A stretch of DNA of 64,000 nt from Candidatus Woesearchaeota archaeon (GTDB lineage Archaea; Nanobdellota; Nanobdellia; Woesearchaeales; SM23-78), in NCBI GenBank assembly GCA_016935175.1, contig JAFGRK010000032.1, forward strand, positions 1,719 through 65,718, given 5' to 3'. Of the stretch, positions 35,177 to 45,619 are shown piece by piece. The translations under genes and the position numbers were made by a program. Each line of letters opens with the position of its first letter. Position 1 is the first letter of the stretch. The notes under the pieces were generated by a model that worked only from the letters and a program-made list of their open reading frames with translations, made no database searches and had not been told where the DNA came from.

Positions 35177-38137
35177 GTGGAAAAAAAGAAGAACCAAAAT
35201 CTGGAGACAATTCTGAAGCAAAAAGAAGTTCCTTCTGCTGTTGAATTAGTTAAGAAAATGAGCATCGACTCAGAAACAAGCCAAGAAATGATTCGGCAAC
35301 TCCAGCATCTTGATGATGAAAGAGAGAAGAAAATAATTATCGGAAAAAAAGCATTAGAAGTGGGAGATCTCCACACAGCCCTCTTCGCATTGTCTAGCGC
35401 TGAATTCAAAGATGATAAAGTATATTCTGAACTGGGAGACCGGTTTGTTGATTACGCTGAAAAAATGTTTCATGAGGACCCCTTCATCTACGAAGGAGGG
35501 TATTTCAACGCCGAGATTGCATATAACCAAATTAAGGATGAAAATTTAAGAAAACAAAAACATAATGAAGCGGCAAAAAAAGTTCTTGCCATGAGTGAGA
35601 GATATGTATTAGGAAAATTCAGGTTTTATAAGGACGCGGCAGGGTTTTATCATTACGCCAGAGAAGATATGAAGCTTGTCGAACTCGGAGATGAAGCGTT
35701 GAATGCTGCACTTAAGACAACCGACCGCTATCTCTTCCCAAATGTAATCTTTAATGATACCATGATAATATACGGGCTCATTAACGATAAAGAGCTTTTT
35801 GAAAAGAAAGTAAGGATGACTCTTTACAGGCTGATGGAGCAAAAATATATTAATTTTGAATGGGTCGGCAAATGTCTCATAGCGTCCAGGATGGGGAAAG
35901 AAGATGAAATAGGGTGGGACAAGGACACTTTGGCCAAGATATCTGAGCTTCATTACAGCAAAAGCCCAAAAGATAACATCCTAGGCTATCTCATCCCGGA
36001 GGCCAAAGAGCTAACTGACAGCGAATTAGAAGCTCTTGCAGATGAAGTTTTTGAGCACGAAATCAAAAAACCAAATAAAGAAATCGATCTGGTATTCGGA
36101 AAGAAAGAAGAAAAAAGAGAGCTACAGCAAGCAAAATCCTTGTACCGAAAGATCAAAAGAAAGTTATCTGCCGAAAAACTGAGAAAGCTAGGAAAAAGAG
36201 CAGAGAAAAAGAAAGAATTCTCATTTGCCATGTGGGCCTATAAAGAACTTAATTCTGAAAAAGACATGGATAGGATTGTGAAAAAAGCTATTGAAGACGG
36301 ACAATTCAAAGAACTGCTGTATATCTTAGATGAAAGAGCAACTCACAATAATAAGGGTTTAGTATACGACGAAATAAGGCAAAAAGGGCTTTTGGATGGG
36401 TTTAATAAGGCCTTTGAGAAGAATAAGGTTAGTGACGCATATTTCTTAACAATGCACCTAATGCCTGAGCTTGTAAGGGATAAATTATTGCAAATAGGAG
36501 ATTCCAAGCTTGAAAAAGCAGAGAATAACGGCGATTATGATTATGTACAAGACATCTACAAAAAAGCAGAGCATACCCTAACCGCTGAAAAATTAAGAGA
36601 AATCGCTAAAAAGCTAAAATTATCTGGAGAGAAAGAATTAAGCGACAAAGTAATAGAGTGCGCTCAATATATTGAAGGTCTAGGCCCTGATAAGTTTCCT
36701 CTTATCAAAGAAATTGAGAAAAACCCGCAAAACATACTATTCTGGAATATCAGAAGTTCTATTGAGGATTCTGAGAATTACAGGACAGCTGAAGACCCAG
36801 AACGAAAAGCTGATTTCTTAAAATGGAAAAAAGAATCACTTGAAAGAATCGCGGCATTAGCAAAGGTTAATGACATTTCTAGAGTGGATCAGATTATTGA
36901 TGAGTTTGATCATTATGAAAATAGCCAAGCGCTTATAGATTTCGGGCTTAAGGCATTTGAAAAAAAACAATATGGCTTCAGTTATACGGCCTTAAAGAAG
37001 GCAAAGGATTTCAGGAACTTGCGGAAGTTAGGAAAAGTATTGCTAAAACAAAAGAATTATTCAAATGCGGATTATTTCTTAAAGGCTGCAGGAGGAGAAG
37101 GCAATGCATCACTAGTGTCCAAAGCGCTTAAAGAAGATTTGTTGACTGCAATACGACAAGATATGCCCAAAGGCTTGGATTTCCTACTGAACATACTTAG
37201 AAATGAAGAGCTGAAAAAACATTTTAATCTTGAAACAGAGCAAAAACAAGAAACTCTAGGCCATATTAGCGTGGTTTCTTCCTTGAGTCTGAAAACAGGG
37301 AAGCTTCTCGGAGATTTCAACATAGCAGTAAAAGCCGATGAATACAGGCTGACTGGGAGCCAATCACTAGATAAAGAAGTCATGGTGTACAAAAAATTAA
37401 GGACTAACGACTTATCCATGCCTAAAGTGCTTAAGCTAGACAAGGTAGATGAGTTTTATGTTGGCGTTTTTGAATATTTGCCAGGAAAATTGCTTATTGA
37501 GCAAACAATAAACTCTGATGTGGTTGAAAGAGTCGTGAAAGAAACAAAAAAGATTCAGAGAATTCTTGCAACTAGCCTAAATCCTGATGAGAAAACGATA
37601 TTCCTTGAAGAAGGATTTGGCAAAGATGACTTCTACAGCCATAAAATAGCTGCCAGGTTCAAGGAAAAGATGCGGATTGACCTGAATGAAGAGCTATTAA
37701 GGCCTTTGGATACTTATTTGCTAAGTGAAGATGTCAAGAAATCAAGAACAGTGGTCACTGACAGGAACCCTACTAACATCATATACAATCCGAAAACAGG
37801 CCAGCTGCAGATGATTGATTTCAATGCCGCAAGGGTAAGCCTGCCTCAAGAGGACTGGGCTTTCTTCATAGACGACCCAAGGCTAAAGACAAGCCTAACA
37901 AGGGATGAGATGATACAAGCCTACGCAGAAAACCCACAGGACACAACCACCTTCCACTACATAGCAACCTACAGGAACTTGATACAGACAGCCATGAGAT
38001 GGGTAGACGAACCACAAGACAAGCAAATAAGCTACCACAACCTACAAAGAGCCAAGGAATCAGCAAGAAAAATAGGGCTGACAGAGCTAGTACAAGAGAT
38101 AGAGCAAAAAATAGAGCCGATGTACAAAGGATTATAA
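35177..38137 (+). CDS. Large (986 aa) alpha-helical repeat protein with a C-terminal APH/protein-kinase-like fold domain.
   Basis: The C-terminal DRNPTNIIYNPKTGQLQMIDFNAARVSLPQEDWAFF resembles the APH/ChoK catalytic loop plus DFG-like region. The N-terminal 650 aa are helical with no TM. Confidence 0.6.
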   Translation: MEKKKNQNLETILKQKEVPSAVELVKKMSIDSETSQEMIRQLQHLDDEREKKIIIGKKALEVGDLHTALFALSSAEFKDDKVYSELGDRFVDYAEKMFHEDPFIYEGGYFNAEIAYNQIKDENLRKQKHNEAAKKVLAMSERYVLGKFRFYKDAAGFYHYAREDMKLVELGDEALNAALKTTDRYLFPNVIFNDTMIIYGLINDKELFEKKVRMTLYRLMEQKYINFEWVGKCLIASRMGKEDEIGWDKDTLAKISELHYSKSPKDNILGYLIPEAKELTDSELEALADEVFEHEIKKPNKEIDLVFGKKEEKRELQQAKSLYRKIKRKLSAEKLRKLGKRAEKKKEFSFAMWAYKELNSEKDMDRIVKKAIEDGQFKELLYILDERATHNNKGLVYDEIRQKGLLDGFNKAFEKNKVSDAYFLTMHLMPELVRDKLLQIGDSKLEKAENNGDYDYVQDIYKKAEHTLTAEKLREIAKKLKLSGEKELSDKVIECAQYIEGLGPDKFPLIKEIEKNPQNILFWNIRSSIEDSENYRTAEDPERKADFLKWKKESLERIAALAKVNDISRVDQIIDEFDHYENSQALIDFGLKAFEKKQYGFSYTALKKAKDFRNLRKLGKVLLKQKNYSNADYFLKAAGGEGNASLVSKALKEDLLTAIRQDMPKGLDFLLNILRNEELKKHFNLETEQKQETLGHISVVSSLSLKTGKLLGDFNIAVKADEYRLTGSQSLDKEVMVYKKLRTNDLSMPKVLKLDKVDEFYVGVFEYLPGKLLIEQTINSDVVERVVKETKKIQRILATSLNPDEKTIFLEEGFGKDDFYSHKIAARFKEKMRIDLNEELLRPLDTYLLSEDVKKSRTVVTDRNPTNIIYNPKTGQLQMIDFNAARVSLPQEDWAFFIDDPRLKTSLTRDEMIQAYAENPQDTTTFHYIATYRNLIQTAMRWVDEPQDKQISYHNLQRAKESARKIGLTELVQEIEQKIEPMYKGL

Positions 38138-38138
38138 G

Positions 38139-39791
38139 ATGAGCCTTGAAGACAAAATCTCAAGAAAGGAGTTGTGGCTTAATGAATTAAAGAAGCTACA
38201 GTCCTGGCTTGAGGAATTCGCTGAAAATAACAAACCAGAGAATTGGCTCAAAAGGCTGCTTGAAGACTATGACAAAAGAAATAAAGGCAAAAAATTTACT
38301 TCTTCGGATGAGCTAAGTGAACAGCTTCCGCTAAAAAAAAGGATTAGCAAGTCGTATATACGCAAACACTCCAAACAAAACTATGATGCAAACCGAAGCC
38401 ATAGCAGCTTCGATACAGAAAAGGTCGATCGCTCGGTTGGCTACAACCTATTTCAGTTTTTTCAATTAATACGAAACAAGGACCTTACGGAGCACCCTCT
38501 TGGCAGAAGAGTTAAATTTTTGAGAGGTTACAAGCTTGAAGAGGAGCATTACGTCCAGTTGTACTTTAAATTTAAAGAGCATTTTGCTTCTCGCGGGCTT
38601 ACTGAGAAAAAACTGGGTCAGTACCATAAGCATTTCTCTGTGAGAGATATTATTAACTTGTATATGGTTGAAGATTACGAGCCGAAAATAGCCAACCAAT
38701 ACGCAGAAAATTTCAACACAGCAGTTGAAGCTATGCAATTAATAAAAGATAGGTGCCCACTGGACATAGCATTAAAATACAATCCTCGATTTAACGGCAT
38801 TGAAAGGGCTAGGCTTTTTAAGACCGGGTGCTTACCTGAAGAAGCAAATGAATATTATAAGAAATTAAAAGGAGATATCTTATCAGATCTATATCTGCTG
38901 GGAGTGAATAATGAGAATTTTAACATAAAGATGCAGAAAAGGTTTCATAATCTACTGTCGGATTTTATTCCGGGCATATATCGAGATCATTCGTCAGAAA
39001 AATCAAAAGCAAAGTTCATAGCCTCAGGATTCAATGCGATGATAGTTCAAATAGACTACGGCATGGGATCTGATAAGCCTAACGAAGCACTTAAAATTAG
39101 CGAAAAAATCCTGAAAGAGAGGCGTTTGCATGAAAGGCTTCAGTTAGAAATGGGCTATAGGAAAGAAAATTTAAGGAATGTCATAAGATGTCATGGAACA
39201 TACGTACGAAATTGGGATGAGAATGAAGCATTAAGATTAGAGTATATCGAGGGGGAGACACTGGAAAGAATCCTTGTAAAGAAAGGGGCACTAGACGAAA
39301 AAACCACAATACTGCATGTCAAGGATATTCTTCATGGGTTGGAAGAACTGAGAAAAGCAGGAATTTATCACTCAGATATACACGATAAAAATATAATGGT
39401 CGACTATGTTAATAGGCGCACATTGATAATCGACCTAGGAGAGGCAACAACAGAGCCGCATGAAATAAATAAAGGCAACAGGAGATATGGAGGCAATAAC
39501 GACCTTATATCTTTAGGCCAGCTTATCTACAAGATGTACACAGGGCACAATCTCTTCCATGAGAAACCAGGAATAACAAGTGACCTTGACAAGGAAGAGA
39601 TAAGAAGGGAGAGGGAAGAAACATATGCTAGTCCCATAAAGAAGGGGAATATGCTGGCAAAAGTAAGGCAAGATCTCCCAAAAGAACTTGGGAAGATTAC
39701 AGCCACCATGCTAGATGACGACCTTTGGACCCAGCCGGATATTGGCAGAGTCAAGAAGGTTCAACAAATGCTAGAGAAGTATGCCAAATAA
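38139..39791 (+). CDS. Large protein with a C-terminal eukaryotic-like Ser/Thr protein kinase domain.
   Basis: HRD-like loop IYHSDIHDKNIMV. DFG-like IIDLGEAT. Activation/P+1 region GNRRYGGNNDLISLGQLIYKMYTG. Starts 1 nt after the stop of the preceding kinase-like gene. Confidence 0.65.
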   Translation: MSLEDKISRKELWLNELKKLQSWLEEFAENNKPENWLKRLLEDYDKRNKGKKFTSSDELSEQLPLKKRISKSYIRKHSKQNYDANRSHSSFDTEKVDRSVGYNLFQFFQLIRNKDLTEHPLGRRVKFLRGYKLEEEHYVQLYFKFKEHFASRGLTEKKLGQYHKHFSVRDIINLYMVEDYEPKIANQYAENFNTAVEAMQLIKDRCPLDIALKYNPRFNGIERARLFKTGCLPEEANEYYKKLKGDILSDLYLLGVNNENFNIKMQKRFHNLLSDFIPGIYRDHSSEKSKAKFIASGFNAMIVQIDYGMGSDKPNEALKISEKILKERRLHERLQLEMGYRKENLRNVIRCHGTYVRNWDENEALRLEYIEGETLERILVKKGALDEKTTILHVKDILHGLEELRKAGIYHSDIHDKNIMVDYVNRRTLIIDLGEATTEPHEINKGNRRYGGNNDLISLGQLIYKMYTGHNLFHEKPGITSDLDKEEIRREREETYASPIKKGNMLAKVRQDLPKELGKITATMLDDDLWTQPDIGRVKKVQQMLEKYAK

Positions 39792-39833
39792 TTATTGGTA
39801 AGCTTAAAATAAGTCCGTTAACTAATGAACTGC

Positions 39834-40748
39834 CTATCCTGATGTCAAGGTAAAGAATGGGCCTGTCATGTCCACAATTTTTCTCACAATCGTGGCAAGG
39901 TAATGAACCACCACAAAATCATCTGGAGTGATCTTGTTCCTTATGTCATACAACACTTCAAAAAGCAGCTTGTCCTTCTTTAGGTTGATGTCTTTTATCT
40001 TGCTCTTGTCCTTGCTGTAAAAGGCATGAAAGAACAATTCAAACAAGTCATTAGTTTCCTTAAAAAAAGCAAGGCACTCCTTGCTGAACTTCTTGGGCTT
40101 TGCCTCTGAGCCAAACCTGTATATGTAATCATACTTATTAGACGCCTTTTCAAGAATCTGGACAAGCATGTACCTGAATATAAGCAAGTCGTCATTTCGG
40201 TGGTACTTATTAAGGATTCGTTTGCAGAAATCAGCGTATCTCGTCACCATAAAACGAGCATAATTAACACTATTATAGTCCTTGAAATCATTGTTCCCGA
40301 CAGCCCCATATGTTTTCTGGCTGTTTTGGAGTATCAACTGAAAAATCTTCCTTACCATGTTATCATACTCAGAATCTAACCCGATAGCGACGTTTTTCAG
40401 CACACAATGCTTGGAATCAACCTCCATCATTTCCAAGCCAAGGAGAGTATCCACTATCTTTTGAATCTCAGGTGTCAGGTCCTCTTTTTCATAAATGACT
40501 TCTATCTCATCATAACCTTTCTTATAGGCATGCGATATTATGGCTCTCATGTAAGAGTGGTTGCCCCGGTCAACCTTAAGAGAGAACTTGCTTAAGGTTA
40601 GGCCTGTCTTACCTTGTAGCTCTAACACAGAGCCATTTTCATTCACCTCAACCTCATCTCCCTTCTTCAGAGCGTACTTCTGCGCCCACTTGCTCGGCAA
40701 GCTTACAGTAAGCGTGTTCTGGCCTACCAGGTTGATTTTTCGCTTCAT
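39834..40748 (-). CDS. AbrB/SpoVT-domain transcriptional regulator with a PhoU-like C-terminal helical domain.
   Basis: The N-terminal swapped-hairpin motif KINLVGQNTLTVSLPSKWAQKYALKKGDEVEV. The remainder is alpha-helical. A BRE/TATA 'cgaaaagtatttata' lies on the minus strand upstream. Confidence 0.55.
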   Translation of the reverse strand: MKRKINLVGQNTLTVSLPSKWAQKYALKKGDEVEVNENGSVLELQGKTGLTLSKFSLKVDRGNHSYMRAIISHAYKKGYDEIEVIYEKEDLTPEIQKIVDTLLGLEMMEVDSKHCVLKNVAIGLDSEYDNMVRKIFQLILQNSQKTYGAVGNNDFKDYNSVNYARFMVTRYADFCKRILNKYHRNDDLLIFRYMLVQILEKASNKYDYIYRFGSEAKPKKFSKECLAFFKETNDLFELFFHAFYSKDKSKIKDINLKKDKLLFEVLYDIRNKITPDDFVVVHYLATIVRKIVDMTGPFFTLTSG

Positions 40749-40916
40749 CTTACCCTGAATATACTTCAGCTAATATAAATACTTTTCGCTTTCATAATTA
40801 CATAATTACTAGTAATAATTATAATTGACAAAAGTATATATATTTTACCGCTAATACTATCCGTAAAGGTTTCAGGCTTTGAAGAAAGCCTTCAAGAAAC
40901 CGGGAGGACATCCAAA

Positions 40917-41369
40917 ATGCTAAAGCCAACTGATTTCAGGATTATTTCAGCTTTAAGGCAGAATGCCAGGGAAAGCCTGACTAACATCAGCAAGAAGGTC
41001 AAGATACCCATTAGCACGCTCTATGAGCGCCTAAAAAGCCATGAGAAGAGCATCATAACCAAGCATACCACCCTGCTGGACTTTGCCAAGCTAGGCTACA
41101 TGTGCAGGGCTAATATCATGCTCAGGACAGCCAGGGAGCACAGGGACAAGCTAGGAAGCTTCCTAAAGGCCCATCCAGCCATAAACAACCTGTACAAGGT
41201 CAACAATGGCTATGATTACCTGGCAGAAGGGGTGTTTTCCCATATAAAGGACATGGAAGACTTCCTGGAAGAGCTGGAAGTGAGCTTTCCCTTGGAAGAG
41301 AAGAAGACCTTTTACCTGGTAGAGGAGCTGAAAAGGGAGGATTTCATGAGCCAGGAGTTAATTATATAA
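40917..41369 (+). CDS. Lrp/AsnC-family transcriptional regulator.
   Basis: N-terminal HTH (DFRIISALRQNARESLTNISKKVKIPISTLYERLK) plus a C-terminal RAM domain. Confidence 0.85.
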   Translation: MLKPTDFRIISALRQNARESLTNISKKVKIPISTLYERLKSHEKSIITKHTTLLDFAKLGYMCRANIMLRTAREHRDKLGSFLKAHPAINNLYKVNNGYDYLAEGVFSHIKDMEDFLEELEVSFPLEEKKTFYLVEELKREDFMSQELII

Positions 41370-41613
41370 TTATAAATCGTTATATAAGGTATAAGAAAAA
41401 ATTATATATATTATCCAAACAATACATAACGTAAGAATTCCGAAGATGACACTCAAAATTTCAGATTTGGCGGAGAGAACGCGGAAAATGTTAGCGAGGG
41501 TATAAAAGAGACCTGAGCAAAGCAAAAAAGATAGGCGAGAAAAACCAAAAAGAAAATCTCGCCAAGACACCGGCAACGGGAGAGTATTACACAAATAAGA
41601 ATTAGCGAGAGCT

Positions 41614-42588
41614 ATGGAGGAGATGAAAATGGAACAAACAAAAAAGCCAGAATACCTTATAAGTAAGGGAATAGTAGAACTATTACAGAACAGGTACGGG
41701 TTGAATCTTTCTGAGAAAGCTCGCACTAATATAATGGTACTTGAAAATGAATTTGTAGACACTCTAGAGAGGGAGATTTCTGATGTCTACGATTATAAGA
41801 CTATATCTGCTAAAACAATAGAAAACACTGTTGCAGAACAACTAAAGCAAAATAATCTTAATGATCTTCCGTTGATATGCCTTGATGATGTCTACTTCAA
41901 GGGATTCAAAATCGATGGGACCATAAGTGCAACAAGGCTTCTGGAGGACATCAACGATTTCAATAAAAAGGCTATTGGCCCAAGAAAGGGGTTTCCATCT
42001 CTAGAACAGCAACTTGATCTTCTAGAACAAGACTATGCTGGAAAAGAAGTTGCGCTAATTGATGTCGGCGTCTTTGAAGGAGAAACACTTTTAAAAGAGA
42101 TATACGATAAGGAGACAAAAAAGCTCATATCTAAAGAAGGCATAATCCCTGATCTAAAGAAAAGGGGAATACGAGTTAAGGAGCTGTATGTCGGGATAAT
42201 GAATGAGCCAGTTATTGAAAAATTCCAAAGAGAAGGTGTGAAGGTTATTCCGGGAAATAGATATGATTTTAATGACGGAGATTGGCTAGAAGTAAGGGAT
42301 CTTCTTGGCCTAGATGGCAGGAAGATAAATCCTGACAGCCACAATATAATAAATGGAACTCACCTGTTTGCAAGGTATATACATGACCCAAAAACATTGA
42401 AAGACGGCGCTAGCATTGCAGATGGTGTAACCGCAGCCATAGTACTTGACTTATGTAACATGTACCAAAAAAAGATAATGAGAGAGATAAGGAAAGATGG
42501 TTATCAAATAATTGAAGGCTTTATCAATTCAGATCCCAGGCTTTATACATTGGATTTCAAGAAAAATGATAAAGAATTAGCTCAGTAA
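41614..42588 (+). CDS. Hypothetical protein (weak phosphoribosyltransferase-like stretch VALIDVGVFEGETL).
   Basis: Complete 324-aa ORF heading a plus-strand cluster of salvage-type enzymes. No confident motif. Confidence 0.45.
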   Translation: MEEMKMEQTKKPEYLISKGIVELLQNRYGLNLSEKARTNIMVLENEFVDTLEREISDVYDYKTISAKTIENTVAEQLKQNNLNDLPLICLDDVYFKGFKIDGTISATRLLEDINDFNKKAIGPRKGFPSLEQQLDLLEQDYAGKEVALIDVGVFEGETLLKEIYDKETKKLISKEGIIPDLKKRGIRVKELYVGIMNEPVIEKFQREGVKVIPGNRYDFNDGDWLEVRDLLGLDGRKINPDSHNIINGTHLFARYIHDPKTLKDGASIADGVTAAIVLDLCNMYQKKIMREIRKDGYQIIEGFINSDPRLYTLDFKKNDKELAQ

Positions 42589-42601
42589 ACGAGATGAAAA
42601 A

Positions 42602-43279
42602 ATGAAAACTATAATAATTTCAACCTTTGCAGAGGATCGTATCATTACAGACTCCGGGATGAAAAAGCGAGACGGTGGACCTGCTCTTTTCATAAAGAAT
42701 TTTTTTGATAAAGCAGGTTTAGAATATGAATTGATTTCAGGGGAAAAAGCTATCGTAGAAATTGACATGCGAAATAAAAAGGAAATCGGAAAGATAAAAC
42801 AAGTGGCCTCAATTCAATATGACCCTGACAAGGTAAAAGATTCAGGATTAGTGCTCGTTTCCACCTTGCTTAAAGAGTTCCCTTTAAAGGCGTACGGGGC
42901 TTTTCCTTGCGTGGATATACAAGGTTATGTCCGTAGCGCTACTGGATTCGGAAAAAAGAAATATTTCGATTCACCAGAGTTAGAGAAATTTGCCATTATC
43001 AAAGGAACTGAGAACGAATTAAGGTATGTGCCCATCAGCAGGATGAAAGGGAAGAATATCGTAATTAAAACAAAGGGAGCGCAAGGGTTTGACGTCATTT
43101 CGGGTGGAAAAGAAAAATATTTCACAGCAAAAAAAGTAAAATCTCCCAATACCATTGGTGCAGGAGATACATTCTTTGCTGCGTTTTGTACTCACTACTA
43201 CAAAACAAGAGATATCGATAGAAGTGCATTATATGCCAAAGAAAAAGTATGTGAATTTTTAATGCAAAAGAGTGATTAA
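42602..43279 (+). CDS. PfkB-family (ribokinase-like) small carbohydrate/nucleoside kinase.
   Basis: PfkB signature NTIGAGDTFFAAF. At 225 aa it is shorter than canonical ribokinases. Confidence 0.65.
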   Translation: MKTIIISTFAEDRIITDSGMKKRDGGPALFIKNFFDKAGLEYELISGEKAIVEIDMRNKKEIGKIKQVASIQYDPDKVKDSGLVLVSTLLKEFPLKAYGAFPCVDIQGYVRSATGFGKKKYFDSPELEKFAIIKGTENELRYVPISRMKGKNIVIKTKGAQGFDVISGGKEKYFTAKKVKSPNTIGAGDTFFAAFCTHYYKTRDIDRSALYAKEKVCEFLMQKSD

Positions 43280-43928
43280 AATGGAACTTGTAAATGAATA
43301 TACGGATATTTTCGGGAAGCTTTTGAATCAGGTTTCGCTAGTTTCAGAAGAGGAAGCAAAGAAAAAGGTAAGCAACAATAAGAAAAACCTAGAAAAACTT
43401 ATGGGGCTTGACCCTGCTGAAAATTTCAAGATATACTTTGAAATCAAAAATAAAGCCATAGGTGCAATTAAATATCAGGCAAAGCCGATTAAAATAAGAG
43501 AGAAAAGGGACGATGGACTACACCTAGTCAACGTCAATCCCTACTTAGAAATCAGCGACATATCCGTTTTGGAGGAATACAGAGGTGAAAGGCTTTCAAA
43601 GCAGATTTATAACAACATACTTGACTTGTTCAGTGCTAATGAATCTTATAAAATCACCCCCAACTTACTTATCGGAGGAATCGGCCAATTGAAGGATTTT
43701 TATAATAATTTATATAAACTTGGAGAATACTCTAAAGACAGCGAGTTCATTCCAAAAGAGGTATTTAAGGATCAATGGGGAATGATTGAAGGCGTGCGAC
43801 CTGAAACAAAAGGCACAGAGGTATACGCAACGAGACTAGGGCTTAAGGTCGTAGGTTCGAGTAAAACTCACGGTGGGCCAATTTACCTATCCGCAGATTT
43901 AGAATCTACCTTAATGAGGAGAGTATAA
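43272..43928 (+). CDS. Hypothetical protein (possible GNAT-like acetyltransferase fold).
   Basis: ISDISVLEEYRGERLSKQIYNNILD resembles the acetyl-CoA-binding motif A. An 8-nt overlap with the upstream gene. Confidence 0.4.
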   Translation: MIKMELVNEYTDIFGKLLNQVSLVSEEEAKKKVSNNKKNLEKLMGLDPAENFKIYFEIKNKAIGAIKYQAKPIKIREKRDDGLHLVNVNPYLEISDISVLEEYRGERLSKQIYNNILDLFSANESYKITPNLLIGGIGQLKDFYNNLYKLGEYSKDSEFIPKEVFKDQWGMIEGVRPETKGTEVYATRLGLKVVGSSKTHGGPIYLSADLESTLMRRV

Positions 43929-44995
43929 TGGAACCAATAGAATTGCTAAAAAGGCTTGTGGACATAAAATCGGATTGCACTGCCTCAAACAGGGAAGTCA
44001 TTGATGTAATCTCAGGGCTCTTTGCTCAATACCGTAGAGAAATAATTCCTCAGGCAAAAAGCAACACCGGAATGTATAATCTGATTATAAAAATAAAAGC
44101 GAAATGCAAAAATAAGAAAAAGTCATTTGTCTTCGTGATGCACACCGATACTGTAAAGGGAAAATGGTTCAGAAAATCAGTGGAAAGTGAAGGAAAAATA
44201 ATAGGACTGGGAAGCTGTGACATGAAAGCAGGAATCGCAGCAGTATGTACTGCAGTCCTGGAGCAAGATTATGAGCGTGACATATATCTAGTGTTCAATT
44301 CAGATGAAGAAACATCCGGATTAGGTGCAAATTTAACCAGTGCAAGGCTAAGTGTAAAAGACGCTATTGTAATTGTTCCAGAGCCCACGTCAGGAAAGAT
44401 CTGCATAGGCCAAAACAGCTGCGTAGGGTACGAAATAGCAACGAAGGGAAGGTCCTTCCATTCCAGTCTCAATAAAGATGCTGCTTTCAATATGAAAAAT
44501 AATGCAATCAGTAAAATGAGCAAGATAATATCATTCCTAAATGTGAACCAGAAGCAAAATAAGAGTATAGATAGCCAAAACATCGGATTTATTGAAGGCG
44601 GAATAACTGCAAACGTCATACCAGATTACTGTAAAATGAAATTCGAGCAAAGGTTCAAGCCTATATCAAACACAAAATTTGAAATCGCAAATTCAATAAA
44701 AGAGCTACAGCGCCTTGGGGCTGTTGATATTAAGCTAAATTTTAATGGTGAAAGCTTTATCAATAACAACAAGAAGTTGATTGATAAATTCCAGAAAATA
44801 GTTACAAAATACTACCCTGCTACAACAGGCTTATTCAAAGCATGGAGCGATGCCGTGATTTTTAGGAAGTCAGGATCGTGCTTTATTTTTGGACCTGGAA
44901 ATTATGAGCAAGCACACCAAAAGGGCGAATACGTTAAAAAAAGCGAGGTTATCATGTTTAAGAAAATATATCAAGAGTTATTAACTAAAATGTGA
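43928..44995 (+). CDS. M20-family metallopeptidase/deacylase (ArgE/DapE/CPG2-like).
   Basis: Metal ligands HTDTV, DMKAGIAA and SDEETSG. Start overlaps the preceding stop. Confidence 0.8.
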   Translation: MEPIELLKRLVDIKSDCTASNREVIDVISGLFAQYRREIIPQAKSNTGMYNLIIKIKAKCKNKKKSFVFVMHTDTVKGKWFRKSVESEGKIIGLGSCDMKAGIAAVCTAVLEQDYERDIYLVFNSDEETSGLGANLTSARLSVKDAIVIVPEPTSGKICIGQNSCVGYEIATKGRSFHSSLNKDAAFNMKNNAISKMSKIISFLNVNQKQNKSIDSQNIGFIEGGITANVIPDYCKMKFEQRFKPISNTKFEIANSIKELQRLGAVDIKLNFNGESFINNNKKLIDKFQKIVTKYYPATTGLFKAWSDAVIFRKSGSCFIFGPGNYEQAHQKGEYVKKSEVIMFKKIYQELLTKM

Positions 44996-44996
44996 G

Positions 44997-45548
44997 GTGA
45001 GGATTATGAAAAGAAAGTTACAAATCGGAGTTATGGGTTCAACATCAGACCTTAATTATTCAGGTAAAGTTGATGCTTTAGCCGGAAAAATTGGGGAGCT
45101 TATTGCTAAATCAGGCAATATAATAGTATACGGAGCTGAAAAAGACTTTGATAGCTTATCAACTTCCGCTGCCAGGGGGGCAAAAAAGTTCAACGGCTTA
45201 ACAGTAGGTGTTACTTACGGAAAAGGTAAAGATATTTACGATAAGAACAACACTGACGTTATCATCTCTTCTGGGCTTGAGCGAGGTGGTGGCAGGGAGT
45301 TTGTATTAGTGAACAGCTGCGATGCCATCATTGCCATCAGTGGCGGATCAGGAACTCTTACCGAAATAGCAATTGCTTATCAGCTTAATGTTCCAATTAT
45401 CTGTTTAAAAGGAGTTGGCGGATGGAGTGACAAACTCGCAGGAAGCTATATTGATGACAGAAAAAGAATGAAGTGTATTATTGCCAAAAATCCAAAAGAA
45501 GCTGTGGCACTAGCTATTGCTTCTGCCAAAGCTAAAACAAAGAGTTGA
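44997..45548 (+). CDS. LOG-family / TIGR00725 Rossmann-fold protein.
   Basis: GGSGTLTEIAIA resembles the LOG PGGxGTxEE motif. 183 aa. Confidence 0.75.
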   Translation: MRIMKRKLQIGVMGSTSDLNYSGKVDALAGKIGELIAKSGNIIVYGAEKDFDSLSTSAARGAKKFNGLTVGVTYGKGKDIYDKNNTDVIISSGLERGGGREFVLVNSCDAIIAISGGSGTLTEIAIAYQLNVPIICLKGVGGWSDKLAGSYIDDRKRMKCIIAKNPKEAVALAIASAKAKTKS

Positions 45549-45619
45549 AAATCTTTCGGTTTTTCCGAATAAATTACTAAAAAAATAGCGTGAGCTATAT
45601 TAAACGGTCGATATAATAG

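Noticed and set aside
41370-41762. Track ORF 41370..41762 (-), 130 aa, hydrophobic
   Set aside because: It spans an AT-rich spacer and the start of the 41614 gene on the opposite strand. It is a likely artefact of AT-rich sequence.
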